DNA of 62,042 nucleotides, filler included, from Choristocarpus tenellus KU-1152 (Eukaryota; Protista; Phaeophyceae): NCBI GenBank assembly GCA_964200185.2. It is 10 parts of 10 records of this genome, joined end to end, with 100 filler letters (N's around TTAATTAATTAA, not from the genome) between each part and the next. Parts side by side here need not be neighbours in the genome. Positions count along the whole stretch, not along the records: positions 30,569 to 38,909 come from CAXNAD020004832.1; positions 39,010 to 43,102 come from CAXNAD020016262.1; positions 43,203 to 45,902 come from CAXNAD020025523.1; positions 46,003 to 50,584 come from CAXNAD020013918.1; 6 more parts are not named here. One strand, 5' to 3'. Shown piece by piece: positions 37,501 to 48,428 of this stretch (position 1 is its first letter; each line of letters starts with the position of its first letter). The notes under the pieces were generated by a model. It saw only the letters and a program-made list of their open reading frames with translations, ran no database searches and was not told where the DNA came from. The position numbers and the translations under genes were made by a program.

Positions 37501-37930
37501 TGAGGTGTGGAAGAGGCGGTTGTGTCTTTTTGTTAAGATTGTGTGTAAAAGTGTTACAGTCTCTGGGGGTTTGATTTTGCTTCTGAAGGAGGTGGAGGGG
37601 GGGGGGGGGGGGGGGGGGGTAAGATTTTTCTTTCGTGTTTGATATCCTGCAATTGAGTGTTTGTACTGCTGCAGCTGAAAGTTTGTTGAGAGATCTGTAA
37701 TCACTAGCCCTAACCTTAGCCCTAGTTTTGAACTCCCCTCTTTTGTTCCAAGAACAATTTTTGTCTTCGTTGATGTACTCTGACGCACGCACTATTCTAT
37801 TCTATTCTATTCCATTCTATTCTATTCTATTTGTTTTTAGTCCCTGCTGGCCACTCGGGTGAGGACCGTGGACCTGGTGGAGGGGGCGAAGCTGGCCTCT
37901 AAGCTCTTGGGGGAGGCGTTTTCGCTGGAG
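30624..37930 (+). CDS. Fusion protein: acetyl-CoA carboxylase carboxyltransferase alpha (AccA-like) + pyruvate carboxylase carboxyltransferase domain (partial at both ends)
   Basis: Seven phase-consistent exons (30624-30739, 31555-31722, 33015-33129, 36085-36172, 36521-36691, 37177-37450, 37841-37930) give 340 codons with no stop. AccA motifs: [76 protein letters not shown] motifs follow: [49 protein letters not shown]. Confidence 0.9.
33665..33895. repeat. Degenerate intronic satellite (AATGATAC/GACAGTGGTAGT-type units)
   Basis: Low-complexity repeats of atgataca/tagcaaca/gacagtggt motifs. Confidence 0.75.
34851..34952. repeat. 20-bp minisatellite x5
   Basis: tgtatgatagccatggactg is repeated in tandem; a (TG)n tract also lies at 34500-34534. 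Confidence 0.92.
35565..35762. repeat. (AATG)n-type microsatellite
   Basis: About 200 bp of gaat/gatt/gagt tetramers. Confidence 0.92.
37060..37160. repeat. 11-bp degenerate repeat (TTCTTGATCCG-like) directly upstream of an acceptor
   Basis: About 8 copies of ttcttgatc(c/t)n; other intronic repeats are (CTATT)n at 37791-37831 and (TTTATTG)n at 38354-38510. Confidence 0.8.
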
Positions 37931-38286
37931 GTAATTGAGATTTATTTATTTATTCATTTGACTGAATGATTGGTTGATTTAAATTTATTGATTTAAACAG
38001 GGAGGGGGTTTTCTCGCCTGTCTGTTGTCATTTGCCTGTCATTGCCTGTCATTCGATATTTTGAACTTTCTAGCAGTCACTGCCTGTCATTGTGTGTCAG
38101 AGGTGTGAGACATTTACAAAGGAGAGTGTCTTGCTGTTTCTGGGTAGTGAACGGGTTTTGTTTTGTAGTACCGTAGGATATTCTTGACTTTTTTTTTACC
38201 ACAGTGAGGTTAGGATTAGGATTGGACTGTTTTTATACTGTTTGTATTGTTTATTTTATTTTATTTGTTGGTGTTGGTGTTGGTAG

Positions 38287-38295
38287 TGTTGGGGG
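38287..38295 (+). CDS. Candidate 9-nt microexon (CWG) of the AccA-PC fusion gene
   Basis: tag|TGTTGGGGG|gtggga follows a T-rich tract and continues FSLE into the conserved PC motif SLECWGGATFD in phase 0. Confidence 0.5.
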
Positions 38296-38867
38296 GTGGG
38301 ATACGTTGGTATTAGATTAGTAGCAAGCATGGTGGACTCTTCCTCGAGAAGATTGATTTATTATTTATTGATTTATTGTTTATTGATTTGTTATTTAATG
38401 TTTATTGATTTATTATTTATTGTTTATTGTTTATTGATTTGTTATTTAATGTTTATTGATTATTGATTTGTTATTTATTGTTTATTGTTTATTGATTTAT
38501 TATTTATTTCATAACTCGAATCTTGAGGGGGGGAATGCGATAGTGACTCGTGTCACTATGCCGGATGGTTGAAGTGGAAGTTATTTCAAGTTGGTTTTGA
38601 ATGTAACTGTGACCAAACCACTGCCCCCTCCTCGCACGACTTCTCCTTCCTCCGCTTCAAACATCCCATGTGTGTGTGTCTTTTCTGTCTTTCTGGTTCT
38701 GCCTGATTGAGTCTCTTTCACTGAAGCTGGTTATGATCGGTTGAGAACCCGACCTCCTCTCTCTACTTAACTCTCTTATCATTATTATTATTTTTATTCG
38801 TGATATTTTACCTTGCACAAGTGTCAACCACTTAGGGGAAAAAAATAATTACTGCAACCCCCCCCAC

Positions 38868-38902
<35 letters not shown>

Positions 38903-40299
38903 TCCTCCCNNNNNNNNNNNNNNNNNNNNNNNNNNNNNNNNNNNNNNNNNNNNTTAATTAATTAANNNNNNNNNNNNNNNNNNNNNNNNNNNNNNNNNNN
39001 NNNNNNNNNCATATAAATTCTGTGCCGCTTTTTTCGGGCATGCCCATGGGTGCACAAAATCGGGGTAGGTACTGTAACAACTTGGAAACTGAATAAATAG
39101 TAAATAAATCAAATAAAAAGGAAGAACAAGAGAGAAACAAAGGAGAAAGAAAAGTCTGTAAATTAGGAGAGTAACAACTATGAAAGAAAATGAAATGAAA
39201 AATGAAAGGATTATGGGATGAGAACTAAGAATAAATTAATTAATTAAAAAAAAACAGAAGTGTGAGACAAAGAAGATAGATATAAGAAATAGAAAATTCA
39301 AGATCACAGAGAGTAGTTACAACATAGAAAAGAGGAAAAATAAAAGAGTAATGAGTTTGGTAAATAAATGTTTTTCCAAACACTTCAGACTATTCAACCC
39401 ATATATTACTGTATGCTCTAATGTGGGCAGCTTCTTCATTCCAACTTCTGCTGTCTCATGTTCCCTTCAGTGGCTATGATTATCATTGCTTCATTCTCTT
39501 GTTCTAGCATGTAACGGCAGAACCTGACCTTGTCCTTCAGGCATACAGTTATTACCTGCTGGGAGGTTTTCTGGAGGAGGCACTCATCTCTCTCTCCTGT
39601 TGAATTCGACCTTACCTCGATCCTTCAATCGTACCCTCCAGTAGAGTGACTTGAAGTAAAAAACTGAACCCTGTGTCCTACCTGTCTCTTCCGCTTTCAT
39701 CCTTCCACAATGTTTGACACTAGTACCTATAGGGAAGAGTCGTAACACATCCTCTCGGGGCAAGAGTTGTTCTTGGGTGGGAACGTTAGTTGGGCATGGT
39801 CATGTGTTAGGATTATGAAGGTCCTAGAAGATATGATAAACATCCAATTGTAGTAAGGTAAAAGCTGTTCATTTCTTCTGTCTTAATACCTAGTCTGACA
39901 ACTATCCATCTTAGAACTTCCTTTGTACTACAATGTCATTTGCTAAGGTCTGATAAGGTTACATTGTTACTGCTCGATCTGAGTGTTGGAATCCTGACAA
40001 AACGTACCCATGTGACAGTGGGTTTTTTTGCAAGCCTTGACCTTCTCTAAATGACAGTATGCTTATAGCGTTGTCTACAAAATGTTATTCATAAATTATT
40101 TTCGTAAGGCAGCCCCATCACTATTTTAAATGCCACATTGCTCACTTTATCCTCTGGGGAAGCGCTATTGGAAGTTTGCATGACCCCAATACCTGCATTG
40201 GTGGAATATTGCACCCTCTGGGGTTTGCTGGGTGCAGGGTACCTTTGGCTGCTATGTTGACCTGCGGTGAGCAGATTTCACGCCCTCAAAGAGCAGTGC

Positions 40300-43089
40300 T
40301 GCGCCAAAAAACAGACGAAACGTAATTCCCCTTCCTACATCTGTGTCAAGAAGTATCTGGACTGGCATTTTTGAGTGGACTCTGCATATGGGTGCCATAG
40401 CATGGCAGATGTCGATACTTGACTAGTACAATGGGCCGGCGTAATGGCAAATATTATCGAGGTAGGAATAAAAGTCTTAATGTCTATTGTTGGTATGACA
40501 TGGATCGCTGAGCTTCAGACTCCACGGCGCAACTTCAAGACGACTCTGCAGCGTCCGAATCGGTTGGGCTTCTCAGGAATAGTGGAGGGAGTTTCGAGTC
40601 TTACATTGCTGCTACATACTGGAGATGCGTATCTACTAAGGCTACCATCGTACGCGATGCTGCAGTGGATTGAGTACCCGGAGGTCCTCAGTAGGTATGA
40701 GAGGATTCCCCTGAGTCGTCTTAAGTATTCCTGCACTCATCAGTTATGGATGTGAAGCAGTCTTGACCACAGGCATGATGAAAGCAAAATCGGTGTGTCT
40801 TTAGCCATGTATCGACTGAGGCAGATGGAGGCAAGCCTTTGCCCGAATGGTGCCGACTTATATTGCTCGCCCTGTCTGTGGCTAGGGCAAGTGGGGATCA
40901 AAGCACAGGCTGGGGAACGGATGTGACTGGTTGAACGGTTTTTGATGCATTGCTTTTTGGGAATGAACGAGGTACCATGTTTGCCGGGAATGGAGGGAGG
41001 TTTGGTATTTAAGGCGCACAGACAGCTGACACAGACACATTCTCACGTGTCTACTGAGGTGCGCAATAGATAATAAGAGAGAGCACCGAGGGCAATAGAT
41101 AACAAGGGAGAGCACCCCCCCACCTAGAGGGTAGTGCTCACTCCACTAATAAACACATCCATATGAAAAGACTCCATTGGAATAGCTCTCTTTTGCATAA
41201 TTTCTTCACAAGACCAATCCCACAGACTTGGGACAGCTCGTCATTCAGAGTTGTCACACATGGAAGATCCACTTTGTTATCACGTCTTGACTTGTGGTGA
41301 TGAAGCCCATCTTTGAAGATGCTCATGACTCCTCGATTTGTGCTTGTCCAACCTTAACCTCGTACCCTCGGTTACGGTTCGTCTTTGTTCGTCTGGTCCG
41401 CGTCTTGCCTGGTGATTCTCCTTGCCACCCTTCCCTGAATGAACCACGCCGCTACAGAATGACACGATTCACAATAATACGTTCTCCTTTAATTCGACAG
41501 TTCACCATTTCGTCCCTAAAGAATTACTCTTGCGAAATTGGTAGTGGGAGAATTTGGTCTCTAATCTATTTTCAAAATAAATACACAATAGTCGGTACTT
41601 CGACTTGGGTAGGACATTGGGAAGGAGAGTTGGGAAGGCTCGTTAGTACAAATCAATGAGTTGGTCTTCATCTATATACCCCCCCCAAAAGAACGTCATA
41701 TATATGAGGCATCCGCGAGTCCACGGTATACGCTTGATAGCACAAAACTGGGTTACTGTCGCAGCCTTCCGTGTCACACCTTTCTCTCTAAAAAAAAAAA
41801 ACTCATGGCACTCTTTAGTGCGATTTTGGGCTGGCCATCGGAAAGGGTGCATTCTCTCACCAAAATATGGACTCACTCGGTTGCTGCTACATCATCTCTA
41901 GGGACCAGTAAGAGCTGTCCTGTGATGTGCGGGACGTCAATTGTCAGACAAGTGTTTTCGAGGAGCTCGATGTGGAAAGGGGTTAAGTTATTGATGCGTG
42001 GACGCGATGCATAAATGTGTTAAGCCGTCACGTTCGACCCCGCGACCTTGGCCGTTGCGATGAGACTGACTCTTCCCTTGCGATGAGTTGTTAACGACCA
42101 AAGCATGGCTGTTCTTGTGCCTTGAGTCCTTCCTCTGATGAAGGGAAGCATATCGCTCTCTAGCAGTTTTCTCTACCTCTGCTCGACATAGTGTTCTCTG
42201 CGAGGCCATCATGCTTACCTCGGTATCGTAATCTGATCCGAGAGCACTCAGGAACTGTAGGAGCAGCAGCTTGTCCGAGATCACCAGATTTCATTGATAG
42301 CATCCTCCCCCGAAGCTCTTCCAGGTGGTTTAAGGTCAGGATCGGATTCGCCCCCTTCTCCACCTTTGCAGTGAAAAACGCACGGAACAAATGTTGGCTA
42401 TTACCCATTGTATTAGGCATGAACCAATCATCTATTGCTCGGAAAAGCTCGCTCGGACTTTGGTGCGTATAGCACAGTGCCCTGGTGGTGGGTGCAACGA
42501 AAGCAACAGTAAGTGCATGGTAGGCCTCTTCGGCCTTCCAGATATCATTCCCAATGAAGCCGTCCGAGAGAAGTTCTTCGTAGGAGCGTTCTTGATTGAC
42601 TGGTCTTTCACTTGTCAACGCATCCAAACAGTGAGTATAATGGCAATGCACGATGAAACGCGTCGACCAGTCCCGGTAGTCCGAGTCGTCCAATAGGTTT
42701 GGTGGTTGGGTTCTCGATCTCTTTTTCGTATGGCAAACAATATGTGTGCCTGTCCCCAAGCTCTCCGAAGAACCGGACCTCCAGCTTGCTCCACTTCTGA
42801 TGCTCCCAGCATCCAAACTGTTTCCCCTCTCTATGAAATTTGCCCTCAACATGGGTTCCATAGGACCCACTTCGACTGGTACGCCCTCAGCTGGAGGCCG
42901 TGTGCTGGGCACAGCGGCCTGGACGGGATGATTTCCGTCGCCGACTCTTTCAGACTGAACCATGAGATTGGCAACGTTTCTTGACAACTCCACTACCGTC
43001 GTCATATGCTGTCTGAGTTCTTGGATAGATGGGCCCTCGGAAGGAACAGGTTCCCGCAATTCTGTAATCGCATCTCCTCGTGTAGACAT
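40300..43089 (-). mobile_element. Decayed Ty1/Copia LTR retrotransposon (gag largely intact, pol degraded)
   Basis: ORF 42160-43089 has Copia gag features (LDDSDYRDWSTRF...), with a frameshift into ISDKLLLLQFLSALGSDYD (UBN2-like, 41988-42284). Downstream RT/RNaseH-like remnants (LRRLRGILSYLLRTSGYSI, 40515-40736) contain stops. Confidence 0.7.
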
Positions 43090-44077
43090 GATGAAATGAT
43101 GGNNNNNNNNNNNNNNNNNNNNNNNNNNNNNNNNNNNNNNNNNNNNTTAATTAATTAANNNNNNNNNNNNNNNNNNNNNNNNNNNNNNNNNNNNNNNNNN
43201 NNCCAAAAAAGAAGATAATCGAAAAAAGGGGTGAAAAACGGACGCCGAACCCCCCCCCCCAGTTACTTTGACCCATTATGTTTCCCCCCTTTTCGAGAAC
43301 GAAAATTCGGTATCACTGTCGTTGATGTGTATTCAAAAATTGAGGGACGTTTGTTTCCTTTGAAATGAAAATTGAATTGAATAAAAAAATGATCGAAGAG
43401 ATGCGGTTTTTAAAATGTACAGCGCGTTTCAATTTTTTTTTTTTTTTGCAACGGCTGCTTTCCGCACTGCGAGTGCGAAGCGATGCTTGCATGTTTTGAG
43501 CAGTAACTGGGTTGGGGCTGACGGTGTAGGGTCCCCACTCTGTTGATGCTAGTGCTCGCCAATGTAGTCTCGACCTATCCTGTACAAACCGAGGAGAGAG
43601 CTGTACGTGTGTGTGTATATTTTGTGGGCTTGTTGGATTATCGTAAGAGGCGTTTTTTTTTTAGGTAAAAGGCACGAACAAGTGCACCTACTTCTTGTCT
43701 GATGATGACTTCCTGTTTGGCTCAGCGCGCTGAGCATATGCCATTCTCAAAGGTACCATTTCATTGATGGTATGATACTACTCCGGTTCATCGATAATCC
43801 TGATGTTACTACAGACTTTCTGCTGACATCAAAGGATCAAGGGCCCTTGCTGTTTTTTGTGTCATTACTCTGCGTTCGCTGTTCAACTGCAGCTATGGAG
43901 CATTATGTTGCCCTATTTTTTCAAGACTTGGACAAGCGATTGTATGTCGCAAGGACATCTTCCCTGTCTTCCCCCCCCCCCACCCCTCCCCCTGCTCATG
44001 GCTACTTTTTCATCTTATCATTTTTCTTTTTTTTCCCACCCTGCCTATTTTATTTGCTGGTGCCTTTGTACTGGCAG

Positions 44078-45168
44078 TCTGCGGTGAAGGGCTTTGATGT
44101 GGGCAGTGTACAGGACGATGCGAAAGCCCTTGTTGAGGGGATCAAGACCAACACACAAGTGAGATGCACGCAAACGGGTCTATGTGTGTGGATTTGGATA
44201 ATCAATTTTGATATCTTGAACATTGTACATTTGGACTAGAGCCCTATTGTGCGTCCAATGATCCAAGTTACACGAGATTGATTCTGTAGCATTGCGGTGA
44301 ACCCTTGGAGCTTCTTTGGACCTAGATCTATTGGGAGAAGGGTTGGGCCGCTGTTGGGTATGGGAGATACTCCAGAGCAGAGAAGAGGGGTGACTTTTTT
44401 TAGGTCTGTCCTTATATGTAGAGAAAGTTGCAAACAGCCCTGTATAGGAGAAGGTCAACAGGTTTCCATCTATGACTACTAATTTTGTAGCGTATTGGAG
44501 GGGCGTGTCAGATGGCTGTAAGGGGTACAAAAGCATTGGGTGTTTTTTTGGGGTGTAATAGGTGTTCAGTACACAATCAAAAATCAAAAATTAATTGTCA
44601 CCTACCCTATATACCTACCTACCCTACGTAAATAGCTGCTGCCACCCCATGGCATTTGAGCATTCTTGACTTTTTTTTTATTAGTCCCCTTTCCACTGTC
44701 TCTCTCCTTTCAGCCTATGTCCATTTCCATCTTTGAAGTACAATCCTTGGGATGTGGGTGAGCCAGTTGCTCCACTTGCATGTCCTTAACCTTGCAATGC
44801 CTGCAGACCCTTACCAACCTCCATAGGGTTAGGCTTAGTTCCGTCCATCCATCCATGGTATTAATACACATAGCTGCGTAGCTGGTGGCTCTACGAATTA
44901 CTCCATTTTTTTAAGACTTCCTCCCCTACTCCCCTTTTCATCTTAAAAAAATATATATATTCTTTTTTTTCCACTCTTGCTTGAGCTCCCTCCCCCCCCC
45001 CCCACCCTCAGGCTGGAACCACTGGGCAGCGTGGGGAGGAGTGGACCGCTGGACAGGTTGCAATTCTGTTCTTTGTACTTATTGGAAGCCTGCCCATCCT
45101 TGGGTGGCCACTGGAGCTCCTGGCTGGGCCGGGTTTGCTCCTGGGCGGAGCCGGCCTGACTGCAATCA
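44078..45168 (+). CDS. Isoprenylcysteine carboxyl methyltransferase / PEMT-family membrane protein, partial
   Basis: Exons 44078-44158 and 45012-45168 give SAVKGFDVGSVQDDAKALVEGIKTNTQAGTTGQRGEEWTAGQVAILFFVLIGSLPILGWPLELLAGPGLLLGGAGLTAI. The GxRGExW...Q motif plus two hydrophobic helices is typical of cyanobacterial/algal members. The catalytic C-terminus is not seen. Confidence 0.6.
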
Positions 45169-45765
45169 GTGAGTATGTTGGGTTAGATGTGGTGAGGTTA
45201 CCACCATTAATTAATGTTGTAGCGGGAAGGTTGACGGGGTGGTGGTGGGAGGGTTAGGATGAGAAAAAATGAAAAAAAGCAAGCCTCCATGAAATGGAGA
45301 CCCTTACGTGTGTTTTAGTTGGACTTGAGAGGCGTATCGATGTAAGATTAGTTACGTGCTACCGTAGTAGTATAATGATAATAAACAAAATAATAATATA
45401 TATATATATATATATTTTTGTATCACTTGCTCAAAATTTCATTCGTTGTTGGAAAAATAAATAAACAAAAGAGAAGGTTGCGCAAAGGTCAGTAGAAAGG
45501 GTATTGATCCCCCAGCAGCATTTATTTATACACGGGGAGCACCTCAACCCCTCCCCCCTTTCTTTTTTGCATCGAAAAAGTTTTCTATCACTGCCACGGG
45601 ACTGACAGCGGGACGCCCGCGTACTCACCCACGCGCTCGATCGCACACAATTTCAGTTATCCCTCCACATCCTTGCGCTGTACCCACCTCCCCCTATCTT
45701 TGTTTTGAAACGGTAAGAGTACCTCATTCTCCAATCCTGTTACGTCATCGTCACCACCATCAGTA

Positions 45766-45797
<32 letters not shown>

Positions 45798-48085
45798 TAT
45801 GTATTGTATATTTTGATTTTTCGATTCCTCAAAAACAAGAAATGTGCTGTTATTTTCTCCCCCCCTCCCCTCCCCCCCCCCCCCCCCCCTCCTCTCTCCC
45901 CTNNNNNNNNNNNNNNNNNNNNNNNNNNNNNNNNNNNNNNNNNNNNTTAATTAATTAANNNNNNNNNNNNNNNNNNNNNNNNNNNNNNNNNNNNNNNNNN
46001 NNCAGTTTTTGTATTGAGAGGAGACCCCCCGCAGCCATCTTTTCAATTATTATCCTATGAAGTAGCCCACCAACACATTGTACAAATCTCACAAACTAGT
46101 TTTATTCTTCACGGTAAGACACCAATAGATGGGAATGGTACCTGACCTATTCCTAGGACTATTCCCTTGATTCAAGTCCACATCCATGTACTAATAATCT
46201 CAGTTCAGGAGTAGCGCCAGGTTGTGTATCGTTAAATGTTTCCTGTTTTCAGAGAAATAACGTAGTTCTCCAGCAGAACAAGAAAATGTTGCATTGTTTG
46301 GAACTTGTTGTTGGGTTCTAGTTCTTACATACTATGATCACTCATGTTGATTTAGTACGGGGACCTTTTCATTATACCTACGTAGACTCTGTTAACTGTT
46401 GTTTTGGTTGCATTCTCTTGCCATGTATGTTGCAACTGGTCCCCGAAATGACTGCATCAATATTTCCTGCAAAATGTAGGTGAAGATAAAGTAAGAAGTT
46501 GAGAAGAAATATTTCAAAAAGAGTACATTTTCTCTTCTGATGTCTGTTGTCCGGTCAACAATCAGGTCCATTTGCTCTCTATCCTCCAATGTCGAGGACA
46601 ACAGTCAAGTTTTTTTGTTCCTGAGAGTGTTCAGTCCAGTGCCTGGGTCGTTCTTGAGCAAAGGCTAATCCTATTCAGTCTGTAATGTTTCCATTTTCCA
46701 GGGCATTTGCTGCAGGTATATTATATTGTCAAAACGTTCAGTTGTGTGTGCAATGCAAGCATAATTGTTGAATCTTCTAAGATGTGGAAGATAGACGCAA
46801 GGTTGTCATCGCTTTGGTACATTAATTTTTTTGTTTTCTCTAATTCTACCCACACATGCTAGGCGATTGATGACATCTCAGATCCTAGTTTTAAGAAAGG
46901 TTTGCTCCCATTTTAATATGTTACGTATTCAGTATATTTTTTCTTAGTACGAGGCGTAACACACCACCCATAGAGTTTTTTCGTAGTCATACCCTACCAC
47001 CTACTATTAGAAAAAGCGTAACCCTCTTTTATAAACTGACTCGTATCAAATCGGGGAGAACGAAATGATCAAACTGCAACGACTATGCCAATATTTAACA
47101 CTACTTGCCGAGGAGGGGATCCTAACTACTTCCTTTTTGGAGAGCGATTCCTAACGTACACTACTGACTTCAAGAACTCTGTATTTCTAAAATTGGTGGT
47201 AGTATTGCTGCTGCTGCTGCTGCTGTTACTACTACTGGGGATACATGCTCTTAGCCAGTACTTGTTACAAGTAACTAGTAGAAAAATATAGTACGGAAAT
47301 AAAACAATAATAAAAGGTGTAGGTGTGGAACTTTCAAAGGCTGGAGCCAGAGTGTGAGATACAGGCCTTGCATTTTTTTTTTCTGACAATATAATAATAC
47401 TATAGATTTCTTCCTTGTTTGTAAGGTCCACCCTCACTCAAGGTAAATTTCTTGACATATCTACCTGTAAGCACACAAGAGTGTCGGAAGGGATGACAAA
47501 ATGACAACTAATGTCTTAACTTCATTCCTTGGGACGGTAGTAGTTTCATGTGGAGACCACTTGCTCAATTTGCACATCATCGCAAAAAACACCAAGGGAT
47601 TGTAACTCGGATATATTTATTTGATTCTATGCTTGTACAAAACACTGGAAAAAATGTAGGAGTCACCCCCCAAAAATCTTAATCTCTGGACTGTAATATA
47701 TTGGAAGGTTAGTAGGGGATAATTTATGAACATTTCCGTAAACAGGGCGGCTGTTCACATCACTTTGAGTCAATAGAATGCCCTGCAATATTCCCCATCC
47801 CCTCAACCTCGACACGATTAATAGAGTGCACACATGCAGGGATAAGTCGGTCTTTTGTAGGGGTTCTGTAGTACAAGGAAATAGTTGGGTTTAGGAAGGA
47901 GTAAAGCAGTGTTTGCACCAAGCAGAAGTAGGTGTAACAGAAGAAATGGGCTCCGTATTGTGTGAAAAGAAAGTGCGTAAGATCGATTCTTTTGCCTGAA
48001 ATGCATGGCATTGCTGTGTATCGATCTATGTGCGGCTGGTCTTACCAACAGGTTGTGGAAAGACATGTGGCTCGAAGTATCTGGA

Positions 48086-48428
48086 GGCTCAAAGTATCTG
48101 GGGGTGGGGTGGCGGCTGTCCATTTGGGGTCAATTTTTTCTTATCGCTTTTTTTGGGTGAGTTGGTTGCATACGTCGGATGGATAATGTAAATGCATTTT
48201 TTCTGATTTTGGTCCAAATGAACACCCTGGTGTAGACCTCCCCCTCCCCTCCAGATACTTTGGGTCTGGAGGGGGGGGGTCTACATCAGGGTGTCCACTT
48301 GGGCCCTGACCAGGAAAAGTAAACTCAGATCATCCATCCGACGCATGCAACCAAATCACCCAAAAATCACGACATGGAAAAATGGACCCTGAATGGACAG
48401 CTGCCACCCCCCCCAGATACTTTGAGCC
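48086..48428. mobile_element. Fold-back MITE family B (~340 bp); partial relatives at ~50330-50525 and ~58468-58500
   Basis: Ends ggctcaaagtatctggggg / cccccagatacttttgagcc. The arms pair along most of the element (ggctgtccatt/aatggacagct; ttggttgcatacgtcggatggat/atccatccgacgcatgcaaccaa), with a central hairpin at ~48223-48294. Confidence 0.8.

Noticed and set aside
37031-37792. 253-aa minus-strand ORF
   Set aside because: It is the antisense shadow of the GC-rich PC exon plus intronic simple repeats.
30624-37930. Bacterial contamination or plastid DNA as the source of accA
   Set aside because: The coding sequence is interrupted by canonical GT-AG spliceosomal introns filled with eukaryotic simple repeats.
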